From a virus: DNA of 64,000 nt. Every line of letters starts with the position of its first letter. The stretch's first letter is position 1. Under the pieces are notes generated by a model. That model did not search any database, had not been told where the DNA came from, and worked only from the letters and a program-made list of their open reading frames with translations. Below, piece after piece: positions 62,490 to 64,000 of this stretch. Where the stretch lies: the UHGV virus genome UHGV-0112973; one strand, 5' to 3'. A program made the translations under genes and the position numbers.

Positions 62490-62532
62490 TCTGAGCAGAT
62501 CGTCCAACCCGATCTGGATCGAGTCAGAAAAA

Positions 62533-62549
62533 TTTGCTCTAATAAATTT
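62533..62549 (+). promoter_or_regulatory. C1 operator (TTTGCTCTAATAAATTT, 16/17)
   Basis: Operator upstream of kilA-repL, as expected for C1 control of lytic replication. Confidence 0.6.
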
Positions 62550-62618
62550 CGTTTTCTAAGTGCAAAGAATCACCATTTCGAGCTGGTGATTGAAGGTTGA
62601 TGCAAATTTGGAGAAAAA

Positions 62619-63419
62619 ATGCAACAAACATTCAATGCGGATATGAATATATCAAGCCTTCATCAAAATGTCGATCCTTCAACCACTCTGCCCGTTATTT
62701 GTGGTGTTGAAATTACGACCGACCGCGCTGGCCGTTACAACCTTAATGCTCTACACAGAGCGAGCGGACTCGGTGCCCATAAAGCGCCAGCTCAATGGCT
62801 AAGAACGCTGTCAGCTAAACAGCTCATCGAAGAGCTTGAAAAAGAAACTATGCAGAATTGCATAGTTTCGTTCGAAGGCCGTGGCGGCGGCACTTTTGCC
62901 CATGAATTGCTCGCAGTGGAGTACGCTGGTTGGATTTCTCCCGCGTTTCGGCTGAAGGTAAACCAGACATTTATCGACTATCGAGCTGGAAGATTACAAC
63001 CTGCTATTCCGAAGAGCCTCCCAGAAGCTCTCCGTTTGGCTGCCGACCTGGCAGAGCAAAAGCAACGGCTGGAGCAAAAAATGCTGATGGATGCACCTAA
63101 AGTCGAATTCGCCGAACGCGTTGCTACCGCCAGCGGGGTTCTAATCGGCAACTATGCCAAAGTGCTCGGCCTGGGCCAAAACTATCTCTTCACCTGGTTG
63201 CGTGATAACGGAATTCTGATCGCAACCGGTGAACGCAGGAACGTCCCCAAACAAGAATACATATCCCGTGGGTATTTCACCCTTAAAGAAACCGTGATCG
63301 ATACAAGCAATGGAAGCAGGATTTCTTTCACGACTCGTATAACCGGCAAAGGTCAGCAGTGGCTGATGAAGCGATTGCTTGATGCTGGTGTGCTGGTACC
63401 TGTCGCGGCAACGCGCTAA
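62619..63419 (+). CDS. kilA: KilA
   Basis: 266 aa; C-terminal domain shared with Ant; followed by repL-like gene. Confidence 0.8.
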   Translation: MQQTFNADMNISSLHQNVDPSTTLPVICGVEITTDRAGRYNLNALHRASGLGAHKAPAQWLRTLSAKQLIEELEKETMQNCIVSFEGRGGGTFAHELLAVEYAGWISPAFRLKVNQTFIDYRAGRLQPAIPKSLPEALRLAADLAEQKQRLEQKMLMDAPKVEFAERVATASGVLIGNYAKVLGLGQNYLFTWLRDNGILIATGERRNVPKQEYISRGYFTLKETVIDTSNGSRISFTTRITGKGQQWLMKRLLDAGVLVPVAATR

Positions 63420-63448
63420 CAGACGTAGTAAGAACCACCAGCATTGTA

Positions 63449-63973
63449 ATGCTGGCTAAAGTCACTTTCCTGAGCTGTATAACGATGAGCGATTTTACTT
63501 TTTCTGGCTATGAATTGGCCTGCTTTGTAACACACTCCGGTCTATCCCGTAGCGCCGGGCATATCCTGTCGCAATGTGCAAATCTAGCGGCAACAACCAG
63601 TGAATACTTCATTCACAAGCCTCACCGCCTGATCGCGGCAGAAACTGGTTATAGCCAATCAACCGTCGTTCGTGCATTCCGTGAAGCTGTAAACAAAGGA
63701 ATTCTGTCTGTAGAGATTGTTATCGGCGATCACCGTGAACGTCGCGCTAACCTGTACCGGTTTACGCCATCCTTTTTGGCCTTCGCACAACAAGCCAAAA
63801 ATGCGCTGATTGAAAGCAAATTAAAGATCTCTTCAGCGGCAACCAAGGTTAAAGCTGTTCTCGCTAAGACATTGGCTTTATTTAATTTTTTATCCACACC
63901 CCCATGTCAAAATGATACCCCCTCCCCCTGTCAGGATGACGTGGCAGGTGATGCTGCCAACTTACTGATTTAG
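63449..63973 (+). CDS. repL: RepL-like lytic replication initiator (possibly shorter than P1 RepL)
   Basis: 174-aa ORF directly after kilA; recalled P1 RepL is longer, so a frameshift or variant C-terminus is possible. Confidence 0.45.
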   Translation: MLAKVTFLSCITMSDFTFSGYELACFVTHSGLSRSAGHILSQCANLAATTSEYFIHKPHRLIAAETGYSQSTVVRAFREAVNKGILSVEIVIGDHRERRANLYRFTPSFLAFAQQAKNALIESKLKISSAATKVKAVLAKTLALFNFLSTPPCQNDTPSPCQDDVAGDAANLLI

Positions 63974-64000
63974 TGTATGATGGTGTTTTTGAGGTGCTCC

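Overview
This window reads as a large segment of a P1-like temperate phage / phage-plasmid, identified by sequence reading and recall of protein families only (no database search was run). Recognisable anchors are a loxP site (about 19895-19928, outermost base T->C) with cre (20347-21378), the C1 repressor and coi, the phd-doc addiction pair, lpa, pacA (with an internal pac-like cluster of seven GATC hexamers) and pacB, ref, lxc/ulx, a 2255-aa DarB-like methyltransferase/helicase, portal and prohead protease, SAR-type lysozyme, ssb, the darA operon (lydA, lydB, hdf, darA, ddrA, ddrB), tail fibre S and assembly gene U, baseplate/tail genes, the Sit transglycosylase, a sim-like secreted-protein trio, and an icd-ant-kilA-repL block. 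About 15 copies of the 17-bp C1 operator motif (ATTGCTCTAATAAATTT-like) sit in front of operons. Features that stand out against my recollection of the P1 map: (1) a second c4-like RNA/icd/ant module between pacB and c1; (2) a DUF2829 (Tad2-like) protein in the ssb-ddrB gap where P1 carries IS1; (3) an orphan GNAT acetyltransferase on an AT-rich islet where P1 carries its type III res-mod genes; (4) an AT-rich island of small membrane/unknown proteins just upstream of phd-doc; (5) cin reduced to a 44-codon remnant with no alternative tail-fibre tip. Gene names are assigned by synteny, length and motifs; coordinates of non-ORF features are approximate (about +/-2 bp).
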